A stretch of DNA of 64,000 nucleotides from the NCBI GenBank assembly GCA_963705505.1, contig CAVPJU010000010.1, positions 608,001-672,000 of the forward strand, in the 5' to 3' direction. A program made the position numbers and the translations under genes. Shown here one piece after another: positions 1 to 8,544 of the stretch. The notes beneath the pieces are model-generated. The model was not told where the DNA came from, made no database searches, and was given only the letters and a program-made list of their open reading frames with translations. The stretch comes from an uncultured bacterium. Lineage in GTDB: Bacteria; Desulfobacterota_D; UBA1144; Nemesobacterales; UBA2774. Numbering within the stretch: the first letter of the stretch is position 1; each line of letters opens with the position of its first letter.

Positions 1-33
1 TATGGTGCCTGCAGCACCGGAATAATTTCGCAC
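1..33 (-). CDS. possible 5' end of a gene running off the left edge
   Basis: GGAGG (41-45, minus strand) 7 nt before a GTG; frame open to the window edge; only 11 codons visible. Confidence 0.3.
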   Translation of the reverse strand, partial: MRNYSGAAGTI

Positions 34-77
34 GGGACATCCTCCTTATTCCTGATTTTCTTAATTGTAGGGATTTT

Positions 78-707
78 TTACTTATGTTGCAATAGCTTTT
101 TTATATCGGAAGCGATGCCCTCGGGGTCGAGCTTATAATGAGGATAGGTCAACAGAAGGATTCCGTCTCTGTCGACGAGGAAAACGGTGTTCGTATGCGT
201 CATGAGATACTTGTCCCAGTGGTCCTTCTCGCTCCTCCCGTAAACTTCCTCGTGCTTGACAATCTTCACTCCGTACTCATGTGCGGTCTTTTTAATTTCT
301 TCGGGTGTTCCTGTCACGCCGATAAACCCCTTATTGAAGAACGGGATATACGATTTAAGTCTTTTCGGCGTATCCCTGTTTGGGTCAACCGTTACAAAAA
401 GGACCTGAACGTTTGCTGATTCATCCCCCAGCTCTTCCATCACCTTGTTAAGTTTTGAGAGGGTAAGGGGGCATACGTCGGGACAGTTCGTATATCCCCA
501 TTCGATCAGCACCACCTTATCATGAAAGTTGCCGAGCGATACGGGGTCTCCGTCCTGATCGATCAGATTGAAATCCGGGGCCCGCATGTGATAAACCTTT
601 CCGTAATATTTGTCGGTTCTTTCGTATTTCACATACAGGTAAGCCGTAAGCGCCCACCCCGAAATTGCAGCTGCAAGTATCACGAGTAAAAGGAGTTTAT
701 TTCTCAT
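78..707 (-). CDS. SCO1/SenC family copper chaperone
   Basis: N-terminal TM anchor, GYTNCPDVCP (CxxxC), FVTVDP-RDT and distal His (MTHT); start set at MRNKLLL. Confidence 0.9.
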   Translation of the reverse strand: MRNKLLLLVILAAAISGWALTAYLYVKYERTDKYYGKVYHMRAPDFNLIDQDGDPVSLGNFHDKVVLIEWGYTNCPDVCPLTLSKLNKVMEELGDESANVQVLFVTVDPNRDTPKRLKSYIPFFNKGFIGVTGTPEEIKKTAHEYGVKIVKHEEVYGRSEKDHWDKYLMTHTNTVFLVDRDGILLLTYPHYKLDPEGIASDIKKLLQHK

Positions 708-813
708 GGCCGGGAAATTCCATACATTATAACCTAAACGGGAGGCATTGAAGGAGGGGGGGCTATATTTTATTAGTAGAATATACAAGCAAATTCGATT
801 AAACTTTCAGATT

Positions 814-1242
814 ATGAAACTTACGTGCGTGAAGTATCTCGCAGCTATTTTTGTGTTTTTGGGGGCTGTCTCTTACGCTCAGGCACCAGACGACTCCAAT
901 AAATTCAGCTATGACAGCAATCAGGTCCTCCACCCGGAATGGTATATAAAAGTCTCCGACTGGTCCTTTTATACCGCCGCAAGGGTTGCGATATTGAGCT
1001 CGGTCACAATAGAGAACACGGCCGACGTGCCCTACAAAGACATACGTGTAAAGCTCATCTATACAACTTATTCCCAGCCCAACGCCGGCATTGTTGCCAC
1101 ATCGACCGGAATGCTCCCGATAACCCTTCCCCCGAAAAGCAAAAGCACGTATCTGAAGAGCGGACAAACTATGGGTGCGGGAAATCAGGATTATGATTTA
1201 AGCGACATACAGGTTATATCGGCGACACCGATAAAAGACTGA
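814..1242 (+). CDS. hypothetical secreted protein
   Basis: Signal peptide ending SYA-Q; beta-rich Ig-like character. Confidence 0.7.
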   Translation: MKLTCVKYLAAIFVFLGAVSYAQAPDDSNKFSYDSNQVLHPEWYIKVSDWSFYTAARVAILSSVTIENTADVPYKDIRVKLIYTTYSQPNAGIVATSTGMLPITLPPKSKSTYLKSGQTMGAGNQDYDLSDIQVISATPIKD

Positions 1243-1286
1243 GCAAAACGCCGGATATCGAGCACGGAAAATATATTTACACCGAA

Positions 1287-2012
1287 ATGAGCGAGACTAT
1301 CAAAAAATCACCCCCCGGAATATTGTCCATTGTTCATTCGCTGCTTACGGCGGCAGCAATCTGCCTCATTGCTCTCTCCATAGATTACAACTCCGCCTCC
1401 GCGGCTGACTTTTCTTCCGGCTCCGACAGACCGCTCATTCAAAATGACGAAAACGACATTGCGCCTCCCCCCGTGCCGGATACGCCTCAAGCGCCGGGGC
1501 CCGACGATATACAGGACGATGCCCTCTCTCCTGACAGCGTAATTTCCGACCCCGACCCTCCCATAGACGAAACCGAACCCTATGTCGTGGAGCCCGAGCC
1601 CGCGGAACCCGAGAACGGGGAAGAACAGCAGGAATATTATCCCGACGCGAATGATCCGGAAGCTTATATCGATCAGCCGAGGCTTCTGGCGGACGAGCCC
1701 GACCCGCTCGTAGATCAACCTGACCCTTTAGTCGACCAACCTCATCCTCTGGTAGAGCAGTCTGACCCGCTCGTCGATATGCCCCCTCCATTGGTAGAGC
1801 AGCCCGACCCGCTCGTCGATCAGCCTGCGCCGTTGGTGAAGCAGCCCGACCCTCTTGTCGCTCAACCCGCGCCTCTGGTGAGACAGCCACGGCCGCTCGT
1901 AAAAGAGCCCCCGGCTCTGGTCAACCATCCTCAACCGCTTGTCAATATGCCTGAGCCCCTGGTGCGCCAGCCCGATCCGCTCGTCAACCGGTCTGCGCCT
2001 AGAGTTCAGTAG
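1287..2012 (+). CDS. secreted/anchored Pro-rich heptad-repeat protein (paralog 1)
   Basis: Hydrophobic N-terminus, segment shared with the next ORF, ~16 PxPLVxQ repeats. Confidence 0.8.
   Translation: MSETIKKSPPGILSIVHSLLTAAAICLIALSIDYNSASAADFSSGSDRPLIQNDENDIAPPPVPDTPQAPGPDDIQDDALSPDSVISDPDPPIDETEPYVVEPEPAEPENGEEQQEYYPDANDPEAYIDQPRLLADEPDPLVDQPDPLVDQPHPLVEQSDPLVDMPPPLVEQPDPLVDQPAPLVKQPDPLVAQPAPLVRQPRPLVKEPPALVNHPQPLVNMPEPLVRQPDPLVNRSAPRVQ
1656..2009 (+). repeat. 21-bp / 7-aa coding tandem repeat (PDPLVDQ-like) x~16-17
   Basis: PEAYIDQ PRLLADE PDPLVDQ PDPLVDQ PHPLVEQ ... PDPLVNR SAPRVQ. Confidence 0.9.
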
Positions 2013-2078
2013 TCAATCCGCAGGGGGATATCAGGATGATATCGGGTATGCTTGCCAAGGATTGAATGAACGGGCCCT

Positions 2079-2108
2079 ATTGACAATTTTACAAAAGGTC
2101 AATATAAC
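2079..2108 (+). promoter_or_regulatory. sigma70-type promoter overlapped by an inverted repeat
   Basis: TTGACA(2080-2085)-17 nt-TATAAC(2103-2108); ATTGAC...GTCAAT inverted repeat 2079-2103. Confidence 0.7.
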
Positions 2109-2136
2109 AAGTTATTAAAGCATCGGGAGAAAATGT

Positions 2137-2688
2137 ATGAAAATATCCGGGCAGATAACGTTTTCGGCAACCAACATATTATTGTCTTTGGCTCTCATAA
2201 GCCTTACTGCATTTTACACATACCCGGGCACTGCTGCCGGAGGGGATTTTTCCTCCGCAAAAGGGAGGACCCTCATACAATACGACGACGATGACCTTGC
2301 GCCTCCGGTGGTCCCCGATACTCCCCAGGCCCCTCAGCCGGGAGATATAGATGACCCCGCGCTCTCACCGGACAGCGCGATATCCGAGCCCGATCCGCTG
2401 TTTGACCAGCCTGAACCCGTGATAGAGCAGCCTGAACCCGATGTAATAGAAGAGCAGCCCGGAGCCGACGAGGGCGAAGACGTGGTTAACGAGCCCGGAG
2501 CCGCGGTCGAAGAACCGGCGCCCCTCGTCAATGGGGACGAGGCCGTAGTAAACGAACCCGATCCTGTTGTAGAAGAACCCGATCCGCTCGTAAATCAGGC
2601 ACAGCCCCTTGTGGAACAGCCTGAACCGGTAGTACCCCAGGGCGAGCCTCTGGGTGACGCCGAGGCTGAGGGAAGGGGTTTGAAATAG
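2137..2688 (+). CDS. secreted Pro/acidic heptad-repeat protein (paralog 2)
   Basis: Signal peptide; DFSS..R.LIQ..APP.VPDTPQAP..ALSPDS shared with 1287..2012; degenerate PxPLVxQ/E repeats. Confidence 0.8.
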   Translation: MKISGQITFSATNILLSLALISLTAFYTYPGTAAGGDFSSAKGRTLIQYDDDDLAPPVVPDTPQAPQPGDIDDPALSPDSAISEPDPLFDQPEPVIEQPEPDVIEEQPGADEGEDVVNEPGAAVEEPAPLVNGDEAVVNEPDPVVEEPDPLVNQAQPLVEQPEPVVPQGEPLGDAEAEGRGLK

Positions 2689-2754
2689 TAGTAATTCCTT
2701 AAAAACCTGTTAAATTCTCTTTACACAAAAAGACCTGAAAGGAGGTATGGGAAA

Positions 2755-3102
2755 GTGCTATTCGACAGAAAACTCGACTTCAGCGATTCCAAGAAGGAAG
2801 AATGGGAGCTTTTGAAATCAAAAATAGGGACGGGCATCGAGCTGCCCCTTCCCGACTCCGAGCGCTGGTTTCATGCGCGTGTGGACGGGGACGACATCGT
2901 CGTGGAGAGCGCCAGGTTAAATGTACGCCCCATTATGATCCACGATCCTATAAGAATTAACTTCGATGAATTCAGTATTGTCGCCAGACACTACAACAGC
3001 TTCCTCGAGCTCCAGGTGCGCACGATGAGCGACACGCATGAAGTGAGGGACAAGGTAAAGAACCTCCGTTATGTCTTCATGCTCATCTACCATTTGTTAT
3101 GA
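2755..3102 (+). CDS. hypothetical protein
   Basis: GTG start with GGAGG 9 nt upstream; 115 aa. Confidence 0.65.
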   Translation: MLFDRKLDFSDSKKEEWELLKSKIGTGIELPLPDSERWFHARVDGDDIVVESARLNVRPIMIHDPIRINFDEFSIVARHYNSFLELQVRTMSDTHEVRDKVKNLRYVFMLIYHLL

Positions 3103-3163
3103 GCCTTAAATGTCGGGTTCTAAACCCCTCCGGGTTTAGAACCGTATCCTAAAGACAAAGGAG

Positions 3164-3451
3164 GTGCTCCCCCTCTTGTACCCAGAAAATTACTACGAGC
3201 TGATGGCCGAATATAACCAATGGATGGACGCCAAGATTTACGATGTGTGCGGCGGAATCCCGGACAGAGAGCGAAAGAAGGATATGGGGGCATTCTTTAA
3301 ATCAATCCACGGCACGCTTAACCATATTTACTACGGAGACACGGCCTGGCTCGAAAGACTCCGCGACAATAAATTTACACCGAGGAAGCCGGGCGTCGAT
3401 ATGTTCGATGATTTTAATGACCTCTCTCCCGTGTCTTCGGAACAAATATGA
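3164..3451 (+). pseudogene. DinB/YfiT family protein, C-terminally truncated
   Basis: YNQWM...GAFFKSIHGTLNHI..GD..WL is typical DinB N-half; ends at 95 aa with no continuation in other frames. Confidence 0.7.
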
Positions 3452-3558
3452 AAGGCACATAAAAACTTAACTTTATCTTAACGGGATCCCTTAACTTTTC
3501 TCGAATAATTTAGTGTGTTGCTTGAATTCTGATAATCGGTATTCCGGAGACCACGCTT

Positions 3559-4257
3559 ATGAAAAATGTTTTCCCGATATTACCCGCGGTTTTATTATCC
3601 ATATTCACCGTCATTTCCGCACAGGCGCAAACGGAGGGCTTCAACGTCAAAACACCCGTTGAAACCCTATCGGATAATTCCTCGAAATTCTTAAATGACA
3701 TTTCGGCGGATGCAAAAATCGATCCGAAAAATTCCATTCCGCAAGATATGATCTGCAGAGCCGAATGCTACCTCGTCATTCCCTCAGTCGAAACAATCCC
3801 CAGCAGGCACGATTTCGCAGGCTCCGGTCTTCTCGGCTGCCGTACGGCCGATTCCGGCAAATTGACTCCGCCGATATTCTTTCAGATCACGAACCTCGAT
3901 TCGTTCAATGAAAGCGGCGGCGGACTGATCATTCTGGTCATGGACAGGAAAGGGGTCAAATCTATTCTCGGCGATCAGCTGCAGTTAACTCCCGACAATG
4001 CTACCGGCGGTAGAGTCGGCTCCGAATCTGATGTCAAAACTTTGAAATCTTTCATCGCGTACGCAAGGCCGGCAGGCAATGCAATTCAGGGGTTCGATGC
4101 ATCCGGCAGCACCCTCGTTTACGGGAGCGGGGACACGTTCAATGCGTATCAGCAGGACATCGACCCTATCGACATAATGTTATTCGGCATCGACGTCCCT
4201 CCGGTATTGAGGGGCTTCAATACATCCCTGGAGGGGTTGAGAAAAGGGTGTAAGTAG
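3559..4257 (+). CDS. secreted protein, divergent SYLF/Ysc84 lipid-binding-like
   Basis: Signal peptide; IP..M..RA.C..VIP, GSGLL.CR, ILVMD.KG pattern resembles SYLF domains. Confidence 0.6.
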   Translation: MKNVFPILPAVLLSIFTVISAQAQTEGFNVKTPVETLSDNSSKFLNDISADAKIDPKNSIPQDMICRAECYLVIPSVETIPSRHDFAGSGLLGCRTADSGKLTPPIFFQITNLDSFNESGGGLIILVMDRKGVKSILGDQLQLTPDNATGGRVGSESDVKTLKSFIAYARPAGNAIQGFDASGSTLVYGSGDTFNAYQQDIDPIDIMLFGIDVPPVLRGFNTSLEGLRKGCK

Positions 4258-4324
4258 ATAAACGACATAGACCCTTCCGGAAGAATAAGCGCGGAGAGCA
4301 TCTTCAACGGTTTCTACAGGGCTC

Positions 4325-4528
4325 CTATTCAAAATAGCAGGTCCCCATGCCGTCCTCTTCCTCAAATGTAGCCTGACAATAGCAGACCCCTATTTGACCA
4401 CAGTCATAGGAAGTGTAGCATTTGTTTCCCTGCTTGCAGTCGTCGCACTTCGCGGGTTTTGCAGAGAGATAAACGCCTGCCGCAGCCGCTGCGATCAAAA
4501 GAACCAAAACAAAAAAAAGCGTTCTCAT
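4325..4528 (-). CDS. small secreted Cys-rich protein
   Basis: GGAGG RBS, hydrophobic N-terminus, 7 Cys in the last 36 aa. Confidence 0.7.
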   Translation of the reverse strand: MRTLFFVLVLLIAAAAAGVYLSAKPAKCDDCKQGNKCYTSYDCGQIGVCYCQATFEEEDGMGTCYFE

Positions 4529-4566
4529 TCCGTAACCACCTCCCTATATTTCCACAGCTAATGCCC

Positions 4567-5790
4567 TCAATCTTTGGGCCTTCTCCATAATCTTATCATA
4601 AACACCAGGCCGGACAGTAGGAGCAGTATCGGAAAGTTTCCGTCACCGCCCGAAGTAGCGAGCGCACAGCCCCCGCCGCCGCCATTGTGCTGCTCCCCGC
4701 AGAGTGTGCCGTTGATGTCGCACTGGGGTGTTATACCCTTCTCCCTCTGCCTCTTGTTTAGTCCGAACACCGCTTTATCAGTTTTGTTGTCCGCTTCACA
4801 GCCGCAAATCTGGCTCGCGCAGCAGCTGCATCCTACCTCCGATTCAAGCTTGACGATCTCCGAAATTTCACAGCCCTGAAGCCCCGTGCACGCTTCCCCG
4901 ACGAGCCCCCTGTCATTACAACGCGATGTGCATAACGTAGCGTCGCACGTATATCCGGACTGAAAACCGTCTGACCCTATGCAGCTGTCGTATTCCTCGC
5001 ACACCTGACCGCAGTCCACGTTTGGCGGAGGAGTAGGAATATCCGCGGTAATCAGCGGACAACCGCCCAGCGACTCCGGCGCGTCGGGTATGCATCCCCC
5101 GGGGGGAGGAGCAGGAACAGTGCCGGTCAAGTTAGGGTTGTATGCCGCCGACCAGACGAGGTCGTCACTGAGAGTGCAGGCTTGGTTATCGAGTCCCACC
5201 TGGTAGGGGCCGTCGTACGTCGGACACGAGCATTCAACGATCCCCTCTTCCCCGGTCCTTCGGCATGGGGCCGTCATACACCCGGCATAAAGGGATTGCT
5301 GGCAGTTGGTCTCGCCGATCCCCTCTTCGGGGACACAGTCGAAACTGAAAACAGATACGACGTCCGCATCGGGAATAAAGCTTCCGGTATTTATCGACCC
5401 GCACACAGGTGCCGAGTTCGTAGTCTGACATCCGCTGCCGTCAGCGCCGCATACATCCACCGTAGCGAGATATACGTCCACGTCCAGTATCGCATTTATA
5501 TCCACGAAATATTTCCCGTACGCGATTTCGAAGCATTTACAATTGGCGAAAGTCCCGTCGCCCGTAAGCTCGCAGGATTCGGGTTCCGGACCCGAATAAT
5601 AGCAGAGAGCGTACGGCCCTCCCTCGCACGGCACGAAGTTCGTAGGCTCGAGCAGTATGTCGGCATACGCGGGACCGTAAGGCGTGGTCATCAAGTTGTT
5701 GGGCACAAAATTAAAGCCTGCGTAAGACGGGGTGATAAAGAAAAACGGGACTATTAGCGTAGAGACTATAAGAGCACGGATAGAATTCAT
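4567..5790 (-). CDS. secreted Cys-rich protein with GGGGGC-TM-basic C-terminal sorting signal
   Basis: Signal peptide (SYA), 33 Cys, C-terminus GGGGGCALA...FPILLLLSGLVFMIRLWRRPKD; GGAGG RBS. Confidence 0.85.
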   Translation of the reverse strand: MNSIRALIVSTLIVPFFFITPSYAGFNFVPNNLMTTPYGPAYADILLEPTNFVPCEGGPYALCYYSGPEPESCELTGDGTFANCKCFEIAYGKYFVDINAILDVDVYLATVDVCGADGSGCQTTNSAPVCGSINTGSFIPDADVVSVFSFDCVPEEGIGETNCQQSLYAGCMTAPCRRTGEEGIVECSCPTYDGPYQVGLDNQACTLSDDLVWSAAYNPNLTGTVPAPPPGGCIPDAPESLGGCPLITADIPTPPPNVDCGQVCEEYDSCIGSDGFQSGYTCDATLCTSRCNDRGLVGEACTGLQGCEISEIVKLESEVGCSCCASQICGCEADNKTDKAVFGLNKRQREKGITPQCDINGTLCGEQHNGGGGGCALATSGGDGNFPILLLLSGLVFMIRLWRRPKD

Positions 5791-6120
5791 GCCGACACAC
5801 CTCCTTTCACCTAATCCGAATATATATTTAAAGCATGCCGGCTATTATACCGACCGAAGACTAAGACAATTGAATTCTCCCCAATTATTGAGCCCTTTTG
5901 AAATTATGTCAATAATAATGAAGAGGGCCGGATTCATACCATAATAAAGTGACTTATTTCATATAGATTGAGTATTTGCAGAAGAAATCAGGCACCGGTT
6001 AACCTGGACGGCGGCTTGTTGAAAATCATGAACAAAGTATGATAGTGTATTAATTCCGATTCAACTGCCCGGGGGGGCACAAAAATACAGGCTTACCATA
6101 ATGGAAAAAGGAGGGATAAG

Positions 6121-6960
6121 ATGATTGAAAAGGGACAATTTTTCAGAGAGGGGATGATCCGGATATCCCGCTCTATATTCATCTTCACACTTTTAGCCGC
6201 GGGCTGCGGCTTATACTTCTTTAACCCCGGCGCCATCGCCCAGGACGTCAATCCGAACATAGACCCGAAGGCTGCCGGTATCCTTCAGGAAATGAGTTAT
6301 TTAATGGGCAGTCAATACGAATACACTTTTAAAGCCGATATTATGTACGACGATCTATTGGATTCGCGGCAGAAGGTTCAATACAACGCCGAAGAGACGG
6401 TCTTCATCAAGAAGCCCGACAAATTTTATGTCGGCTACGTAAGCGACCTCGGAGGATATAAGCTCTGGTATGATGCAGGGCAGGCGACGCTGCTCGAGGT
6501 GCCGACGAACGATTTTTCTCTCGCGACCCTTCCCGCGTCCGTGGATCAGGCTTTGAATAAGCTCAAAGAGCAATATCAGTTTACCCCGGCACTGAGCGAG
6601 CTCCTTTTTATAAACACCTATAAAGTGATGACCGCCAATGTAATCACGGGCGCCTATTTCGGCCTGAGCAATGTCTTCGGGGCAAAGTGCCACCACCTTC
6701 TATTCGTCGAGAAGGACATCGACTGGCAGATATGGATCGAAGAAGGTAAACGGCCGGTCCCGAGGAAGCTAGTGATAACCTACAAGAATTTGCCCGGGTC
6801 GCCGCAGTTCATCGCGGTATTTAAAGACTGGATATTCGGCAAGCCGATCACGAATTTTGCATTCAAGCCGGATATTCCGAACGTGAACAGCCGCGTGGAA
6901 TTCAATCAAATAACGGGGAACCCCAAATACAAGATAGGAAGTATCAGGGCGTTTCAGTAG
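6121..6960 (+). CDS. DUF2092 family periplasmic protein
   Basis: Signal peptide; CHHLLF..DIDWQIWI..G..P.P.KLVITY...PG.PQF motif. Confidence 0.85.
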   Translation: MIEKGQFFREGMIRISRSIFIFTLLAAGCGLYFFNPGAIAQDVNPNIDPKAAGILQEMSYLMGSQYEYTFKADIMYDDLLDSRQKVQYNAEETVFIKKPDKFYVGYVSDLGGYKLWYDAGQATLLEVPTNDFSLATLPASVDQALNKLKEQYQFTPALSELLFINTYKVMTANVITGAYFGLSNVFGAKCHHLLFVEKDIDWQIWIEEGKRPVPRKLVITYKNLPGSPQFIAVFKDWIFGKPITNFAFKPDIPNVNSRVEFNQITGNPKYKIGSIRAFQ

Positions 6961-6987
6961 AAACGGATAAAAAGTTTAAGGAGTGAG

Positions 6988-7018
6988 AAGTGAGCCGGGG
7001 TTAACCGGCTCACTTTTT
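6988..7018. terminator. intrinsic terminator between convergent genes
   Basis: AAGTGAGCCGG-GGTTAA-CCGGCTCACTT followed by a T run. Confidence 0.8.
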
Positions 7019-7026
7019 ATTTACCG

Positions 7027-7236
7027 TTAAGCCAGTACTACGTTTTGAGCCTGGGGACCTTTTTGTCCTTTCACAACGGTGAACTCTACACGCTGACCTT
7101 CTTCCAGTGTGCGGAAACCGGTCGCTTTGATTTCACTGTAGTGAACGAAAACGTCTTCACCATTCTCGATCTCAATGAAACCGAAACCTTTTGTAGAATT
7201 GAACCACTTTACAGTGCCAATTTTACGTTCTGCCAT
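7027..7236 (-). CDS. cold-shock protein (CspA family)
   Basis: GTVKWFN.TKGFGFI (RNP1), DVFVHYS (RNP2), KGPQA.NV. Confidence 0.97.
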   Translation of the reverse strand: MAERKIGTVKWFNSTKGFGFIEIENGEDVFVHYSEIKATGFRTLEEGQRVEFTVVKGQKGPQAQNVVLA

Positions 7237-7336
7237 TAAGGTTCTACCTCCTATTTTAAATTGGGTTATGCAAGTGGTTCAAAATCTTTCAGATGGTGAT
7301 CTTACATTTGACAAGAACTACTGCAACCTAATTATA

Positions 7337-7365
7337 ATTTTAGCTTATTTAAATCTCATCGTCAA
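7337..7365 (-). promoter_or_regulatory. sigma70-type promoter of the csp gene
   Basis: Minus strand TTGACG-17 nt-TAAAAT, implying a ~95-nt leader. Confidence 0.7.
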
Positions 7366-7550
7366 CCTCAAGAAAAATATGAGGTTATGTGATGCGGATC
7401 GTCAGAGCAGTCAGCGAAAAGCCGCCTCCCTTTAACATATGTAAGAGGCTCATCCTGTTCTATATAGTCAGAATACGCTCCCCGTTATCGTAGACTGTAA
7501 TGGGACCGTCCCGAGACACCGTTATTGCGAGACAATGCGCCCCTGACAAC

Positions 7551-8240
7551 TCACTCGATCAGGCAATTCGAAAGGAATTCGGGGATGCCCTTCTGCACCC
7601 CGGGCAGGTTTGACCAGCACTCCTCATCGGGCGTACACTCGAGCATGAAGGCCCAGTGAGTGACCTGGTTCGAGGAGGAGCCCGAAGCCATCTGCATATT
7701 GAATGTCCAATCGTTTCCCTTAAGCACCATTTCCCCGACCCCGGTCGTAAGGGAGGGCGACCCTACCGGGACGGAACTAAGGGAGTTAAAAGATATATAA
7801 ACCATGCCGTTCGGCGTTACGGAGCCTATCATGTACTGACATATGGGGGGATGCACACCGATCTGCGCAACTACGGTCCCGAAGAAATATCCGTCCGCAT
7901 AATGATCTATATGCCAGACCGTCTGGTCCGATACGGGCGAATAGCTCTGGGGATCGGACGTATCCCATTCTACCGCCGGCAGGTTCGCCGTGGGTACGTA
8001 CCAGTAGGTCCCCTCGCCCTCTCCGAGCCAACTCCAGCGGGAGGGCTCGATACCGGGGGCCTGGGCGATGCCGCTCAAATCGACCTCAGTCTCTTTGGGC
8101 CCGCACTCGTCAGGACGCATTCTGACGATTCCGCTTCTTTTATTGGCGCAGAGTACATCTGCTCCCGAATTAACGGACCCTACAGTTGCAGAAATTATCA
8201 ATATCGAAATTAAAGCCGGAACATATTTGCGAATACTCAT
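7551..8240 (-). CDS. hypothetical secreted protein
   Basis: Signal peptide, AAGGAG RBS, Trp/Tyr-rich beta domain (GTYWYVP...DQTVWHI..Y.DGYFFG), paired Cys. Confidence 0.75.
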   Translation of the reverse strand: MSIRKYVPALISILIISATVGSVNSGADVLCANKRSGIVRMRPDECGPKETEVDLSGIAQAPGIEPSRWSWLGEGEGTYWYVPTANLPAVEWDTSDPQSYSPVSDQTVWHIDHYADGYFFGTVVAQIGVHPPICQYMIGSVTPNGMVYISFNSLSSVPVGSPSLTTGVGEMVLKGNDWTFNMQMASGSSSNQVTHWAFMLECTPDEECWSNLPGVQKGIPEFLSNCLIE

Positions 8241-8544
8241 CGTTTTCTCCTTTAACCGCTTATCTGCAGGAAGGCTTTTCCTTTCCTCGATACAAATTCT
8301 ACTGCCGAATTGAATCAGCCGCAGAGATCGGAGTAAATATCAGGAAACGAGGTTTTTATCATTAAAATTATCTTCCCCAAATACTTACACAAATCCGCAA
8401 TAAATTCGTATCTTTCTCAGGGTTAGGTAATATTTTCAATGGCTATGGAGGGTTTGAGCCGGGCAGGAAAAGGGCGGATTCCTCAGTTAACGGTAAAGTT
8501 TCGATGCCTTCCAGTGACTATGCATAAAAAAAGGATATAGACTC

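Noticed and set aside
1656..2009. 21-bp periodic repeats as a CRISPR array or VNTR
   Set aside because: No spacers, units are degenerate at synonymous positions and in frame within a CDS, and there are no cas genes.
3122..3149. AAACC-N16-CGTATCC upstream of the DinB fragment as a seventh regulon promoter
   Set aside because: It lacks ATCC and the TAR end; could belong to another ECF but a single copy is insufficient.
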